A stretch of 64,000 nucleotides of DNA from Oligoflexales bacterium. Lineage in GTDB: Bacteria; Bdellovibrionota_B; Oligoflexia; Oligoflexales; JAPPIL01. Within the stretch, counting starts at the first letter, position 1; every line of letters begins with the position of its first letter. Below the pieces are notes generated by a model. It ran no database searches. It had not been told where the DNA came from and was given only the letters and a program-made list of their open reading frames with translations. A program made the position numbers and the translations under genes. Positions 29,086 through 40,033 of the stretch are shown here, in pieces. Where the stretch lies: contig OZ244057.1 in NCBI GenBank assembly GCA_965215515.1, positions 32,001 through 96,000 of the forward strand, in the 5' to 3' direction.

Positions 29086-29418
29086 GTGACGCGGCGCAGA
29101 CGGACATTTAGCAAGTGGAAATTACGCAAGGGTGATCAGGTGATCGTCACTGCGGGGAAGTCAAAAGGGGCGACGGGGAAGATCGATCGTATCGATCGCA
29201 GCCGTTGCGGGGTCGTCATCGCGGGCGTGAACATGGTGCGTAAACATACCAAACCGACGCAGACCAGTCCTGGCGGTATCATCGACCAACCGCTGCCGCT
29301 GCACGTCAGTAACGTGGCAATGCTCGACCCGCGGCAAGGCGGCCCGACGCGCGTAGGGTGGCGACTCGAGGAGGGGCGCAAGGTGCGCTACGCCAAAAAA
29401 TCTGGGGCAATCTTGTAG
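29086..29418 (+). CDS. rplX: 50S ribosomal protein L24
   Basis: LRKGDQVIVTAGKSKG..GVNMVRKHTKP..GGII..PLHVSNV..KVRYAKKSG. GGAG RBS before GTG 29086. Confidence 0.95.
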   Translation: MTRRRRTFSKWKLRKGDQVIVTAGKSKGATGKIDRIDRSRCGVVIAGVNMVRKHTKPTQTSPGGIIDQPLPLHVSNVAMLDPRQGGPTRVGWRLEEGRKVRYAKKSGAIL

Positions 29419-29517
29419 ACCACACACCTGTATCCCTCGGCGGGTGTTCTTTTGTTCTCGTCGCTAAGACATAACGCGCGCGCTTTCCTTCCCCTGGGCG
29501 GTGACAAGGGCGGAGAG

Positions 29518-30618
29518 CTAAGTTTCGCTGTCGAGACTGCCAGCGTCTCTCAGCACCTGCACGTCGGGTGCTGCGATGTGAAAGTTACGGGTATCGCCCT
29601 TGGCGAGGTCGAGGTTGCTGACGTTGGAGATGCTCGCTTTCAAGGTTGGGGTCGCGGCTTGCGGTGGGGTTAGGGTCAGTTGCTCCGTGTCGCCGAGGTA
29701 GGTAAGACGTGTCACGCTCAGTTCGATAAGGTTGTAAGGTGGGTTTTCATAACAGACGTGAATCGCCTCAGGCCTGAGCGAGACCAGCACCGTCTCGTCG
29801 ACTGTGAAGGCATCGTTGTCCTCCCGACAGCTGTACAGTTCACCGATGGCGGTGAACAGGCGCAACTCGCCACCGTCACCCTTCGCCAGCACGCGTGCGC
29901 GTACCAGGTTGGTCTCGCCGATAAAACTGGCCAAAAACGCATTGCGAGGATGATCGTAAAGTTGCCGCGGTGTACCGCTCTGCACAACCTCGCCTGCCCG
30001 CAGCACGGTAATGCTCGACCCCATCGACAAGGCTTCCTTCTGATCGTGGGTGACATAGAGAGTGGTGAGATTGGTTTTCTGGTGAATTTCCAACAAATTC
30101 GCCCGCATCTCCAAGCGCAACTTGGCATCGAGATTGGACAGCGGCTCGTCGAGCAACAACACGTTAGGCGTTGTCGCTAAGGCACGTGCCAACGCCACGC
30201 GCTGCTGCTGTCCCCCCGATAACTGCCCTGGCAGACGCTGGGCAAAGCGTTCCAGCTGCGTCAGTGCCAATACCTCCTGCACCCGCGCGGCGATCTCGCC
30301 CTTAGGCTTTTTTTTAATTTTCAAGCCATATTCTATATTTTTATAAACAGTCATGTGTGGCCATAAGGCATAGTTTTGAAACACCATGCCGACGTTGCGA
30401 TCGACCGCCCGAAAACTCGTCACATCCCGTGTGCCAAAAAAAATACGCCCGCTGCTCGGTGTTTCTAGCCCTGCCAGAATGCGCAAAGCGGTTGTCTTGC
30501 CACAGCCAGAAGGGCCGAGAAAAAAGTGTAGCTCGCCCTCCGCAATCTGCAACGACAACCCCCTGAGCGCGTAGGTGTCGCCGTACTGTTTACTAATTTT
30601 TTCGAAAGTAACTTTCAC
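29518..30618 (-). CDS. ABC transporter ATPase (PotA/FbpC-like, TOBE domain)
   Basis: [33 protein letters not shown] and VTHDQKEA motifs. Confidence 0.9.
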   Translation of the reverse strand: MKVTFEKISKQYGDTYALRGLSLQIAEGELHFFLGPSGCGKTTALRILAGLETPSSGRIFFGTRDVTSFRAVDRNVGMVFQNYALWPHMTVYKNIEYGLKIKKKPKGEIAARVQEVLALTQLERFAQRLPGQLSGGQQQRVALARALATTPNVLLLDEPLSNLDAKLRLEMRANLLEIHQKTNLTTLYVTHDQKEALSMGSSITVLRAGEVVQSGTPRQLYDHPRNAFLASFIGETNLVRARVLAKGDGGELRLFTAIGELYSCREDNDAFTVDETVLVSLRPEAIHVCYENPPYNLIELSVTRLTYLGDTEQLTLTPPQAATPTLKASISNVSNLDLAKGDTRNFHIAAPDVQVLRDAGSLDSET

Positions 30619-31832
30619 GCTGCCAGCAATTTGTTAGCAATGCATGTCAAGAAGGCATCGCTGCTCAGGTAGTGCTCCTCTCGCATGTTCCTCCCGTGCA
30701 TCAACAGCGCGAGATCTTTCGTCATCTGCCCTGCCTCGATGGTATCGATGCAGATGCGTTCCACGCGTTGGGCAAAGTCACACAATGCCGTGTTGCCGTC
30801 AAACTGGCCACGGTAGTGCAATCCCCGTGTCCACGCAAAAATGCTGGCCACAGGATTGGTGCTGGTCTGCTTGCCCTGCTGGTGCTGGCGGTAGTGCCGT
30901 GTCACCGTGCCGTGCGCAGCCTCGGTCTCGACGGTCTTACCATCGGGGCAGAGCAACACCGAAATCATCATGCCCAGACTGCCAAAACCTTGCGCCACGG
31001 CATCGGATTGTACATCGCCGTCGTAATTCTTCAGCGCCCAAATAATCCCCCCGTCAAGCTTCAACACCTGTGCCACCATATCGTCGATCAAACGATGCTC
31101 GTAGCTCAAACCCCGTTGCCGAAAACGCGACTCGAATTTACGTGCGAAGACCTGCCGAAAAATGTCCCGAAAACGCCCGTCATAAGTCTTCAAAATCGTG
31201 TCTTTGGTGGACAGATAGACAGGGTAGCCCTTCTGCAAACCGTAATTAAAACAAGACTCGGCAAAGGCCGCGATCGAGTTGTCGGTATTGTACATAGCAC
31301 AAGCGATCCCCGTCCCCGCGAAGTCGGCCACTTCCCAGGTGCTGACCTCACCGTCACGAGTAGTAAACCGCAACTCCAGCTTGCCGCGGGAAGGAATAGA
31401 GACATCGGTAGCACGGTACTGATCGGCATGCGCATGCCGCCCGACGACGATCGGCCGTGTCCAGCCACGCACAGGACGAGGAATATTGCGACAGATGATC
31501 GGCTCACGAAAAACCGTGCCACCGAGAAAATTACGAATCGTGCCGTTTGGACTCCTCCACATCTGCTGGAGATCGAACTCCGCCATCCGCTGCTGGTCAG
31601 GCGTGATGGTGGCACACTTGATGCCCACACCATGCTCCTTGACCGCCGCGGCCGCCTCCCGCGTGATAGCATCGCGGCTGCGATCACGAGACTCAATACC
31701 GAGATCGAAGTACTTTATATCCAACTCACAAAAAGGGAAAATAAGGCGCTCCTTGATCTTCTGCCAGATAACCCTTGCCATCTCGTCACCGTCCATCTCG
31801 ACGACGGGGCTGGCCACAGCGATCTTACGCAC
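30615..31832 (-). CDS. icd: NADP-dependent isocitrate dehydrogenase (type II)
   Basis: [34 protein letters not shown] and [11 protein letters not shown] motifs. Confidence 0.96.
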   Translation of the reverse strand: MRKIAVASPVVEMDGDEMARVIWQKIKERLIFPFCELDIKYFDLGIESRDRSRDAITREAAAAVKEHGVGIKCATITPDQQRMAEFDLQQMWRSPNGTIRNFLGGTVFREPIICRNIPRPVRGWTRPIVVGRHAHADQYRATDVSIPSRGKLELRFTTRDGEVSTWEVADFAGTGIACAMYNTDNSIAAFAESCFNYGLQKGYPVYLSTKDTILKTYDGRFRDIFRQVFARKFESRFRQRGLSYEHRLIDDMVAQVLKLDGGIIWALKNYDGDVQSDAVAQGFGSLGMMISVLLCPDGKTVETEAAHGTVTRHYRQHQQGKQTSTNPVASIFAWTRGLHYRGQFDGNTALCDFAQRVERICIDTIEAGQMTKDLALLMHGRNMREEHYLSSDAFLTCIANKLLAA

Positions 31833-32047
31833 CGCATCACTCCTCTATTGCCGCTGTTTGGCGTAACACAAATTTTTCTTTGAGGGAAGGGTGAGGAGGT
31901 AATTTTTGCTGCATGCTTACCGTAGGGATGAAAAGAAAAAAGTAATAATTTTATTATTTATTATGGCGCATTGCAACAGAACAAGGGGGGGAGTACTTCC
32001 CCTCGGTAGCGGTGGTTGTGCTAGAATAAGACAGGGAGGGGTTTCTT

Positions 32048-32695
32048 ATGTTTGCAAAAATCACGACGTTATTCCATCAGGGTGGCGAGGCGGTGATGTC
32101 ATGTATTGCCTTCGTCCTGATCATTTCAATCGTTATCATCATCGAGCGCGCCTTCCGCTATTGGTTTCAGTACGACTTGCCTAACAGTGCAGGCTATATG
32201 TCGGCGGTGCAGAAGATGGTGATGAATAACTCGATTGAGAATGCTATCCGTCTGTGCAAAAAGGCGAAACCAAAACTGTTGCCCTATGTGTTGTCGGAGG
32301 CACTGAAGCGAGCTAACGACTCGACTCAAGAAATCGAAAATGCCATGGAGCATGCCTTCTTGAGTGTCTTGCCGCGGGCGACGAAGGGCGTGGCTTTCCT
32401 CAGCACAACAGCCAATGTCGCTACGCTGTTAGGACTGCTGGGCACGATTTTTGGGCTGATGAAGTCGTTCGGAGCGGCAGCCTTCGCCACAGGAGCGCAA
32501 AAGCAGACCATTCTTGCCGAAGGGATTGCCGAAGCCTTGACCGCGACTTCGTTCGGGCTAGGCACGGCGCTGCTATGTCTGTTGGCCTACGGGGTGTTGA
32601 TGATGAAGCAGACTGCAATCGTCAACGACATCAACAAAAACTCAGCTCGTTTGCTCGATCTTTTGTATACACGCAAACAAAAGCTGAGCAGTTAG
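32048..32695 (+). CDS. aglR: MotA/TolQ/ExbB-family motor subunit (AglR-like)
   Basis: ANVATLLGLLGTIFGL..LAEGIAEALTATSFGL; first gene of the glt-like cluster. Confidence 0.75.
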   Translation: MFAKITTLFHQGGEAVMSCIAFVLIISIVIIIERAFRYWFQYDLPNSAGYMSAVQKMVMNNSIENAIRLCKKAKPKLLPYVLSEALKRANDSTQEIENAMEHAFLSVLPRATKGVAFLSTTANVATLLGLLGTIFGLMKSFGAAAFATGAQKQTILAEGIAEALTATSFGLGTALLCLLAYGVLMMKQTAIVNDINKNSARLLDLLYTRKQKLSS

Positions 32696-32716
32696 CAATT
32701 GCTGCGGGGCTAAATC

Positions 32717-33235
32717 TTGAGTAGGAGAGGTAGAAAAAGTCGTACCACCCCTGATATTCCAGACGTTGAACTGAATATCATGCCGTTCATCGACATTTTC
32801 TCGCTGCTGAACACGTTCCTGTTGTTCACTGCGACATTCGTCTCGATCGGTCTGTTGCGGGTACAGGTGCCGTTTCTTTCTAACGCCACCCCCGACAAAA
32901 GACCACCGCGCAGCCTCGATATTAATGTAGACTTGAGCCGCGACCAGATCGTCTTGCGCACCGAGTATACGACCGCGCCGACCGACAAGGCCAGCAGCAG
33001 CTTCTCGTCGTCACCGGAGGGTATCGCGGCGTTTCATCGCGCCCTGGTAGACTTAAAACATAGAAACCCTAAAGACGACAAGGTAACGCTGTATAGCGAT
33101 GAGGATGTCACCTATCGCAAACTGGTAGAGGTACTCGATGCCATCAAGATAGATGACTCGATCGACACCAGCGATGGTATCACCGACAACAACAAGCTAT
33201 ACCCCAAAGTCGTAATGGGAAGTGTCTTACTCTAA
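32717..33235 (+). CDS. aglQ: ExbD/TolR-family subunit (AglQ-like)
   Basis: ELNIMPFIDIFSLLNTFLL with the conserved Asp. Confidence 0.7.
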   Translation: MSRRGRKSRTTPDIPDVELNIMPFIDIFSLLNTFLLFTATFVSIGLLRVQVPFLSNATPDKRPPRSLDINVDLSRDQIVLRTEYTTAPTDKASSSFSSSPEGIAAFHRALVDLKHRNPKDDKVTLYSDEDVTYRKLVEVLDAIKIDDSIDTSDGITDNNKLYPKVVMGSVLL

Positions 33236-33253
33236 CTGTGATGGTGGCTTTAC

Positions 33254-33748
33254 ATGGCAGTATCAGGTGGTGCAACCAGCGAAACCATAGCGCTACCCAT
33301 TACCCCGATGCTGGATATTTTCAGTATTCTGGTAACCTTCTTGTTGATGAGCTATTCGAGCGATCCTATCAGCCACGATCCTAACCCCGCCCTCGAACTG
33401 CCCGACTCGCAGACCACCGTCTCGCTCGATGAGATTCCTGCGGTGATAGTTTCCAAAAACGAAATTTTAGTCAACGACAAAAAAGTCGTAACAGTTATCG
33501 GCGGCACAGTTGATAAACTCCACACAACGCAGGGAGCAATCTATCCGTTATTTCAAGAGCTCGTCAAGCTAAATACCACCAACAAAAACTATGCAGATGC
33601 CTCCTCGCAGAGCAAAGATAAAGTATCGACGCTCACCCTAGAGATGGATAAGAACCATCGTTTTGAATTAATGAAAATGATAATGCTGTCGGCACAACAG
33701 GCTAAGTTTATTACCTTCAAGCTCGTTGTTTCTAAAGAGAAAAGCTAA
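33254..33748 (+). CDS. aglS: ExbD/TolR-family subunit (AglS-like)
   Basis: ITPMLDIFSILVTFLLMSYS..LELP. Confidence 0.7.
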   Translation: MAVSGGATSETIALPITPMLDIFSILVTFLLMSYSSDPISHDPNPALELPDSQTTVSLDEIPAVIVSKNEILVNDKKVVTVIGGTVDKLHTTQGAIYPLFQELVKLNTTNKNYADASSQSKDKVSTLTLEMDKNHRFELMKMIMLSAQQAKFITFKLVVSKEKS

Positions 33749-34443
33749 TGAAAAAAAAAACATGCTATCGAGGGCTTCTGCTCTGTGTGGGCTTTGCCTT
33801 TTGCGCTACAGAGGGGATGAGTGCGGGCCACGAAGAATACCAAATCAACGTTATCAGACCGAAGTTTTTCGTCAAAAAATCACGCACGGAGCTAGGCGCA
33901 GACATCGCGGCGGTAATCAATCAAACTTTTACCTACACTTACCTGCTGTCGGGAGCGATTGTCTACCACCTGACCGATTCGTGGGGTATAGGAGCTACGG
34001 GAGCGTATGGTCTGACCGTTGATAAGCAGGACAGGGATACATTAAAGGAGACGTTCGGTATCACTGTTGACATATTTACTACCGAATGGGTTGCGGAGGC
34101 TTCGTTATTGTGGACTCCTGTGTATGGCAAGTATCAGCTAACGAGCGGGCGGTTGGTCTATTTTGACACCTACATTTCCGCGGGTTTTGGGATGATGGGC
34201 ATTCTGGTGCAAGGCAAAGAAAGAGGGGAGATGGTGGGTAACCAGCACAACTGTTATTCTCCTGTAATAGGGGCAGGGCAGCGGTTTTACCTCAGCAAAA
34301 AAACGAGTTTACGTTGGCAAGTTCGCAACTACATTATCCAGTATGATGGCAAAGCTTGTGCACCTGCAGAATCCACCAACAAAGAGGGCCATAGTTTATT
34401 TCACACGATCGTTACTCAGGTGGGCATTTCTTATTTTATATAG
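33748..34443 (+). CDS. Outer-membrane beta-barrel protein (GltA/B/H-like)
   Basis: Signal peptide, WTPVYGKY, GAGQRFY and terminal GISYFI aromatic strand. Confidence 0.75.
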   Translation: MKKKTCYRGLLLCVGFAFCATEGMSAGHEEYQINVIRPKFFVKKSRTELGADIAAVINQTFTYTYLLSGAIVYHLTDSWGIGATGAYGLTVDKQDRDTLKETFGITVDIFTTEWVAEASLLWTPVYGKYQLTSGRLVYFDTYISAGFGMMGILVQGKERGEMVGNQHNCYSPVIGAGQRFYLSKKTSLRWQVRNYIIQYDGKACAPAESTNKEGHSLFHTIVTQVGISYFI

Positions 34444-34449
34444 GTAAGT

Positions 34450-35943
34450 ATGTTACGCACACTAGTTTTATTTTTGGCAATTTTCAGTTCTTCTGTGTTG
34501 TATGGTAATTATCGTGCCGCGCAGCGTGATTTTGTCAAAGGCAACTACCGCAAGGCCGCGGCACGGTTTTTTCAGGTCATGAATTATCCGAAGGCCAGAG
34601 GTGACAGAGTAAAATCCGAATGGGGGCTAGCACGTAGTTTACAAAAACTTGGCTTTTACTACTCTGCCTCCAAGTACTACAGTGTGATTGTGCGGAGGGG
34701 GGTAGTCAAGCAGAATATCTTTTTTCGCAAAGCTTTTGAACAGTTGGGGGAGATAAATGCAACGATCAATCTCGGTCAGTCACATATTGTGCAGTTGTTA
34801 AAAACACGTGTCACTCCTTCTCGTATTCCTGGTGCGGCGCGTGGCTTTTACTTTCATTATCAAGGCATAGAGGCCTTCTATGACAAGGACTATGACAGAG
34901 CAAGGTCGGCGTTTCGTAAAGTTCCAGCGGGTAGTTCATATTATACCAAGTCACTTTTTTATCTCGGTATTCTCGCTAACATGGATAAACTTTACGGGCG
35001 GGCGATTTCTTATTTTATGAAAGTAAAATCAAATGCGGATACTGAATGGCAACAAGAAATTGCTAATCTCAACATCGCACGGGTGCACTATGAGGCCAAG
35101 CGCTATCGGCAAGCGTTACGTTTTTACGCCGAGATTCCCCGCGCCTCAGACAATTGGTTACAGGCTTTGTTTGAGGGTGCTTGGGCTTTTTTTTTGATGA
35201 AGAAATACAACAACACGTTGGGTAATATTCATACGTTTCACTCGCCGTTTTTTATCAATCGTTTTTATCCAGAGACTTATGTGTTGCAAGCAATTACGTT
35301 TTTGAGTTTGTGTCGCTATGATAACGTGAAACTATCTATTCAGAAATTCAAAAAGCGCTACACCCCTGTGTTCAAGGATTTGCGCAAGCTCATTAACCGC
35401 TATCGGGGTGATTATAGCAAGTTTTTTATGTTGGTGAAAAAGTATCGCAAGGGTTCGTTGAGTAGCTACAGGTATGCACATGCTATTCTCGATTCGTTAT
35501 CGCGACGTGATGTCTACAAAGAGACTTTGACGACGGTGCGTTTTGCGACCAGAGAAATTGATCGTCTAGAAGATGCTAGTCGTATGTGGTTGGTGTCGGG
35601 CTTGATCGACGAACTGAAGTCTTTCTTGCTTAAAAAGCGTTCGGTAGCGATGAACAATGCAGGTGTTAAGCTGATAAGAGGTGCGCAGGAAGCAGTTGAG
35701 TATCTGACTGAGCTGTATAACCAAACGCGCTTCATCAAAGCGGAGCTCTTGCTCGGTAAGGTCGATAAGCTACGCTCGTTGTTGCGCGTCACTGCGGCCG
35801 AAAAGAAAAAAATACGCTTTATCGGTGGCATGCAAGAGATTACGATGAAGTCCGATTTAGAGTTCTGGCCGTTTGAAGACGAATATTGGGAAGACGAGCT
35901 CGGTGGTTATGTTTACGATATAGTGAGCAGTTGCAAAAAATGA
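34450..35943 (+). CDS. TPR protein, GltC-like
   Basis: ALFEGAWAFF..GNIHTFHSPFF..YPE and C-terminal FWPFEDEYWEDELGGY..C signature. Confidence 0.75.
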   Translation: MLRTLVLFLAIFSSSVLYGNYRAAQRDFVKGNYRKAAARFFQVMNYPKARGDRVKSEWGLARSLQKLGFYYSASKYYSVIVRRGVVKQNIFFRKAFEQLGEINATINLGQSHIVQLLKTRVTPSRIPGAARGFYFHYQGIEAFYDKDYDRARSAFRKVPAGSSYYTKSLFYLGILANMDKLYGRAISYFMKVKSNADTEWQQEIANLNIARVHYEAKRYRQALRFYAEIPRASDNWLQALFEGAWAFFLMKKYNNTLGNIHTFHSPFFINRFYPETYVLQAITFLSLCRYDNVKLSIQKFKKRYTPVFKDLRKLINRYRGDYSKFFMLVKKYRKGSLSSYRYAHAILDSLSRRDVYKETLTTVRFATREIDRLEDASRMWLVSGLIDELKSFLLKKRSVAMNNAGVKLIRGAQEAVEYLTELYNQTRFIKAELLLGKVDKLRSLLRVTAAEKKKIRFIGGMQEITMKSDLEFWPFEDEYWEDELGGYVYDIVSSCKK

Positions 35944-38900
35944 AATTTTTACACCCGAAAAATTTTCTCTGTGCCAGTCTTTTGCTGGCAATTGTGGGCA
36001 GTGCGTCACCTCTTTGGGCAAGAGAAAAAACCATCATCGACATTGTGCTTGACGAGAAAAAAGCTAGCAAACGTAAGACGTTGCAGAAACGACGGGCGGT
36101 AATGCGCTCAGAGATTTATTTTTCTGCGGTGGAGAAAAAACTTATCAAAGGGATCAACCGCACCATCAAGTATTTGAACAGCACCTTGCGTAGTTTACCG
36201 CCTAAATCTTCGGCACGGCATGGTATTTATGAGAAGTTGATGAACCTCTATGTCGAACAAGCTTCGTACATTTCCAGTACTGAGTATCGCAGATTCGATC
36301 AGCGTTGGAAAAAATGGGCGGTGCGGCGACGCGGGCCTGAACCACGGCTTAACGACTCTAAATCACGCCGCATTTGGCAAAAAGTGGCAGATATATCGGG
36401 TCGAGCTTTGCGGGAATTCCCTAAATCAAAGCGCGGCGATGCCTTGTTGTTCAGTCGTGCCATTGCTTTCATGTTTCTCAATCGGCAAGCACAAGCCTCA
36501 GCAACGTTTGAAAAAATTATCAAAGAGTATTCTAACTCCAATTTTGCCGGAGATTCTTACTTTGCGTTGGGTGATTATTATTTCGATCGTGCGGAATTTG
36601 CGATAGCACTCAAGTATTACGATTCCGCCACCAAATACCAACGTTCCAAGCGTTATGGATGGTCATTGTTCAAAAAAGCTTGGTGCTACTACAATACTGG
36701 AAAGTATCGTAACGCGCTGGCAACGTGGAAGAAAACAGTACAGTATTCACGCCGTGAAACTAACAAGAACACTTTACGGTTACGGGAAGAAGCATTGCGG
36801 GACATGATCTATGCTTTTGCAGAATTGAACATGCTCGATCAGGCGATGACTTATTATCGCATCAATGGGACGAAAGAAAATGTCAGTGAAACTATTATGA
36901 CATTTGCTTCTATTTCAATCTCGCAGGGTAAATTTCGGGAGGCGATCAGAGCCTATCGCAAGTTTCTAGTCACCACACCGCTGAACCCGAAAGCAGCGGA
37001 AGTCAGACGTGACTTGATTGGCCTCTATTACGAGACAGGCAACAAAAAATCCATGTGGCGGGAACTTGAGCAGATGCCACGTAAATACCACAAAGGCAGT
37101 GCCTGGGCGCGCCGCAATGCTCGTGACAAGAGATTGGTGGTAGAGGCACAAAAGATAGCAAAAGAACGGGTGCTGTATTATGCCAAACTCGCCCACGTCA
37201 CTGCACAAAAGCGTAAAAATGACAAAGCGTTATTGGCGGAAGCGGTACGTGGGTATCGCATTTATCTGCGTAACTATGCCACAACCCCAGAGGCCTTAGA
37301 GGTAAGGTTTTTATTGGGTGATGTTTTTTATTTGCAGAAAAAATATCAAGATTCAGCCAAATCCTACCGACAGGTTGTCCTGTTGCCTCCGCAACGGGCG
37401 GTGATAGTCAACAAGGCTAAAGGCTCACGCAAAAACATTCATGCCCAATCAGCGCGCTATATGCTAGAGGCACATTTTCTTGATTTTAAGCCAGAGTTTA
37501 CAAGAATTTTGAAATTGAAACCTAGACCAGGTCGGCCGCCGCGACCGCTCAGTGCTAAAGCACGTAGCTTTATCAAGGCGTGTCAGCTTTACCTCAAGTG
37601 GTATGGTAAGGACAAGAAAAAGAAAAAAGAATGTGATGTGCACATTGCCGAAGTTTACTACCGCCTCAATCACAAAAACGAATCCAAAAAATATCTGCTT
37701 GCTTTAGCGCTGGCATATCCTGGCACTAAGGAGGGCGAGAGTGCAGTCGATAACCTAATTCCTTTTTACAAAAATGACAAGCTGGCATTGGTCGGTCTTT
37801 TGAAAAAATTCATGGCCATTCCCGCTTATGGGAAAGGGAAGATGGGAAAGAAGCTGAACAAGCTTTATTGGGGGATTAAAGTTGAAGAGGTGGGGACTCT
37901 GCGCGGTACATCGCAAAAGGCAAGAAGTTATGAGAAGTTAGTGCAGCAACGGCCTGGCATCGAAGATGCTGATAAGCTGTTGTTCAATGCGGCGGTGAGT
38001 TATATCAGTGCGGGTGACTACAATTCCGCGGTACGGGTGTACAGTAAGTTGATTAAAAATTACCCGCGGTCGGTGCATGTTACTGAATCGATTCTGAAGC
38101 TTGCTAAGATCTATGAGCGCAACATGCAGTTCAAGGCCGCGGCGGGTTTTTATTTGCAGTATGCTGGTCGCAGTAAGCCAGGCAAAGCGCGCACTACGGC
38201 CCTGACCCGTGCGTGTGAGTTGAAAATTATTGCTTACGATCGTACTTTGCTCGCCACTTGTGCGCAGTTGGCAAAGGTTGATGTCAAAAATTACAAAATA
38301 ATTATGCAGCGTCTCATCAAAACTCTGTCGTTAGAGAGGAATTATACGACCCTAACTTCTTTGGTACGAAATTATTACTTGGGCAAAGTACCGCTGACTC
38401 CCAATGAAGAGGTGACTGCCTTGTATTATCTGCATCGTGCGACGAAGGGGCGCGGCCCGTACGGGGGGAAGATTGTCAAGACTTTTCGCCGTAGTGGCAG
38501 GGCGGTCTCAGGGGAAGCACTGAAACATGTCGGAGAAGTGGTGTTCACCAGTGTCAATGGAGAGTTAGCGCGTTTTCAGAAGTTAAAATTGCGTGGCGGC
38601 ACGGTCAGCGCCATGCAGAGTACGATCAAGAACAAATCAGGTGCGTTGAGTAGGCTTGAGGCACAGTATGATAGGGTTGTAGCCACGCGGGATTCGTATT
38701 GGGGGGTTGCTGCTCTGCATCAAAAAGGCGTGGCTTATAGCAGTTTTGCCCGCTTGTTAGAAAATCCACCACCGATCAAGGGGGCGAAGCTCGATGATGT
38801 TAAGAAACAGCTACAACCGCAGGCAAGAGCATTGCGTGCCAAAGCGATGGAGTATTTTACTTCCGCACAAGATGTGGCACGACGGTTTCAAATTTTGAAC

Positions 38901-39032
38901 CCGTGGGTCGCGAGGGTAAACTCACAGGTAGGTATGTTGTCGGGGCGTAGCCGTAATTTTAGGGAATGGACGGTTGAACCAGATTTTATCGCTTATGAGG
39001 TGAGTGGGGCGGTGCAAGGGCAGATAAGATGA
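35940..39032 (+). CDS. Large TPR protein, GltD/AgmU-like
   Basis: ALGDYYFD..YGWSLFKKAWCYYN..LREEALRD; many TPRs; ATGA overlap with the previous gene. Confidence 0.75.
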   Translation: MKFLHPKNFLCASLLLAIVGSASPLWAREKTIIDIVLDEKKASKRKTLQKRRAVMRSEIYFSAVEKKLIKGINRTIKYLNSTLRSLPPKSSARHGIYEKLMNLYVEQASYISSTEYRRFDQRWKKWAVRRRGPEPRLNDSKSRRIWQKVADISGRALREFPKSKRGDALLFSRAIAFMFLNRQAQASATFEKIIKEYSNSNFAGDSYFALGDYYFDRAEFAIALKYYDSATKYQRSKRYGWSLFKKAWCYYNTGKYRNALATWKKTVQYSRRETNKNTLRLREEALRDMIYAFAELNMLDQAMTYYRINGTKENVSETIMTFASISISQGKFREAIRAYRKFLVTTPLNPKAAEVRRDLIGLYYETGNKKSMWRELEQMPRKYHKGSAWARRNARDKRLVVEAQKIAKERVLYYAKLAHVTAQKRKNDKALLAEAVRGYRIYLRNYATTPEALEVRFLLGDVFYLQKKYQDSAKSYRQVVLLPPQRAVIVNKAKGSRKNIHAQSARYMLEAHFLDFKPEFTRILKLKPRPGRPPRPLSAKARSFIKACQLYLKWYGKDKKKKKECDVHIAEVYYRLNHKNESKKYLLALALAYPGTKEGESAVDNLIPFYKNDKLALVGLLKKFMAIPAYGKGKMGKKLNKLYWGIKVEEVGTLRGTSQKARSYEKLVQQRPGIEDADKLLFNAAVSYISAGDYNSAVRVYSKLIKNYPRSVHVTESILKLAKIYERNMQFKAAAGFYLQYAGRSKPGKARTTALTRACELKIIAYDRTLLATCAQLAKVDVKNYKIIMQRLIKTLSLERNYTTLTSLVRNYYLGKVPLTPNEEVTALYYLHRATKGRGPYGGKIVKTFRRSGRAVSGEALKHVGEVVFTSVNGELARFQKLKLRGGTVSAMQSTIKNKSGALSRLEAQYDRVVATRDSYWGVAALHQKGVAYSSFARLLENPPPIKGAKLDDVKKQLQPQARALRAKAMEYFTSAQDVARRFQILNPWVARVNSQVGMLSGRSRNFREWTVEPDFIAYEVSGAVQGQIR

Positions 39033-40015
39033 AGATCGTTTTAGTTTTGCTGGTGGTTTTAGGCACTGCCTGTGCCAGTACTTCAGGCAGTAAGAGGAGC
39101 GGGGTACGCAGCGATGACAATATCGCAGAGGATCTCGACGAAGGTTTTGATAGTAACAACACGAGCATCCCTTCAGGCCCGACGTTGATGTTGAGTTTGG
39201 GCAAGAACAGCTATACCCAGCCGCGTTTGTCGATGCAAAAAATCAACGAGCGGATCGATGCGTTGGCTAGCAAGCAGCGGCCGCGCCAGGTGGATCTGGA
39301 GAATTTGATTATGCTGCAGGGCTTGGCGCGGCGACCTTTTGCTGAAATTTGGGACAATGCCCAGAAACTCAGCCGCACGCTTAAAAGTGACAAGGGTCTC
39401 TCTGAAATGTTGCAGCTCAATATTGGTATTGCGGCGTTGCGGGCGCGCAAGTATGCCATCGCTGATTATTTTCTTACTCCCTTGAGTACAGGGGCGCGGT
39501 TGGGACGCATTAAGTCTGGTGCGAACAATGCCATTGGGGTAATGTATCTGTTAGAGCAAAATTACCAGGAGGCATCGTTAGCTTTCAAGCGGGCGTTATC
39601 GGCAACGTCTGCCTATCGGCCTGCGGCCTTCAATCTCGGTATGTTACAGCTGCGTTTCGGTAATTTTTCTTTAGCGCGGCGCACGTTGGGTGATATTCCC
39701 CCTGATTGGTTTATCAATGCTTCGATGCTGATTATCGAGCGGCATCTTGGCAATATCGCGCGTGCCAATGGTTTGTGTAAAAAAGTTTTACAGCAGAGAC
39801 CTAACCACAAAATGTCTAAGCTTAATTGTGCGATAATTGAATTTGAAGAAAACAAAAATTACAAGAAGGCTCGGAAATTTTTACAAGAGGCTGCTAAAAT
39901 AAGTGGGGGGGGGGAATTCTGGGAGAATGTGATTTACAAGTTATTGGAAGAGATAGATACGAAGGAGTTTAACAAAAAGCTACAGGCCGCCGCGGAATCG
40001 CCGCACGGTCACTGA
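39029..40015 (+). CDS. TPR lipoprotein, GltE/AglT-like
   Basis: Lipobox GTAC; TPRs (ANNAIGV, AAFNLGML); position after the gltD-like gene. Confidence 0.65.
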   Translation: MKIVLVLLVVLGTACASTSGSKRSGVRSDDNIAEDLDEGFDSNNTSIPSGPTLMLSLGKNSYTQPRLSMQKINERIDALASKQRPRQVDLENLIMLQGLARRPFAEIWDNAQKLSRTLKSDKGLSEMLQLNIGIAALRARKYAIADYFLTPLSTGARLGRIKSGANNAIGVMYLLEQNYQEASLAFKRALSATSAYRPAAFNLGMLQLRFGNFSLARRTLGDIPPDWFINASMLIIERHLGNIARANGLCKKVLQQRPNHKMSKLNCAIIEFEENKNYKKARKFLQEAAKISGGGEFWENVIYKLLEEIDTKEFNKKLQAAAESPHGH

Positions 40016-40033
40016 TGGTTTTGTGAGGTTGTT

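Noticed and set aside
29518..30618. ABC ATPase without permease, overlapping the icd stop
   Set aside because: Orphan ATPases serving distant permeases are common; there is no further signal.
30672..31883. 403-aa plus-strand ORF
   Set aside because: Antisense shadow of icd, with no recognisable motifs.
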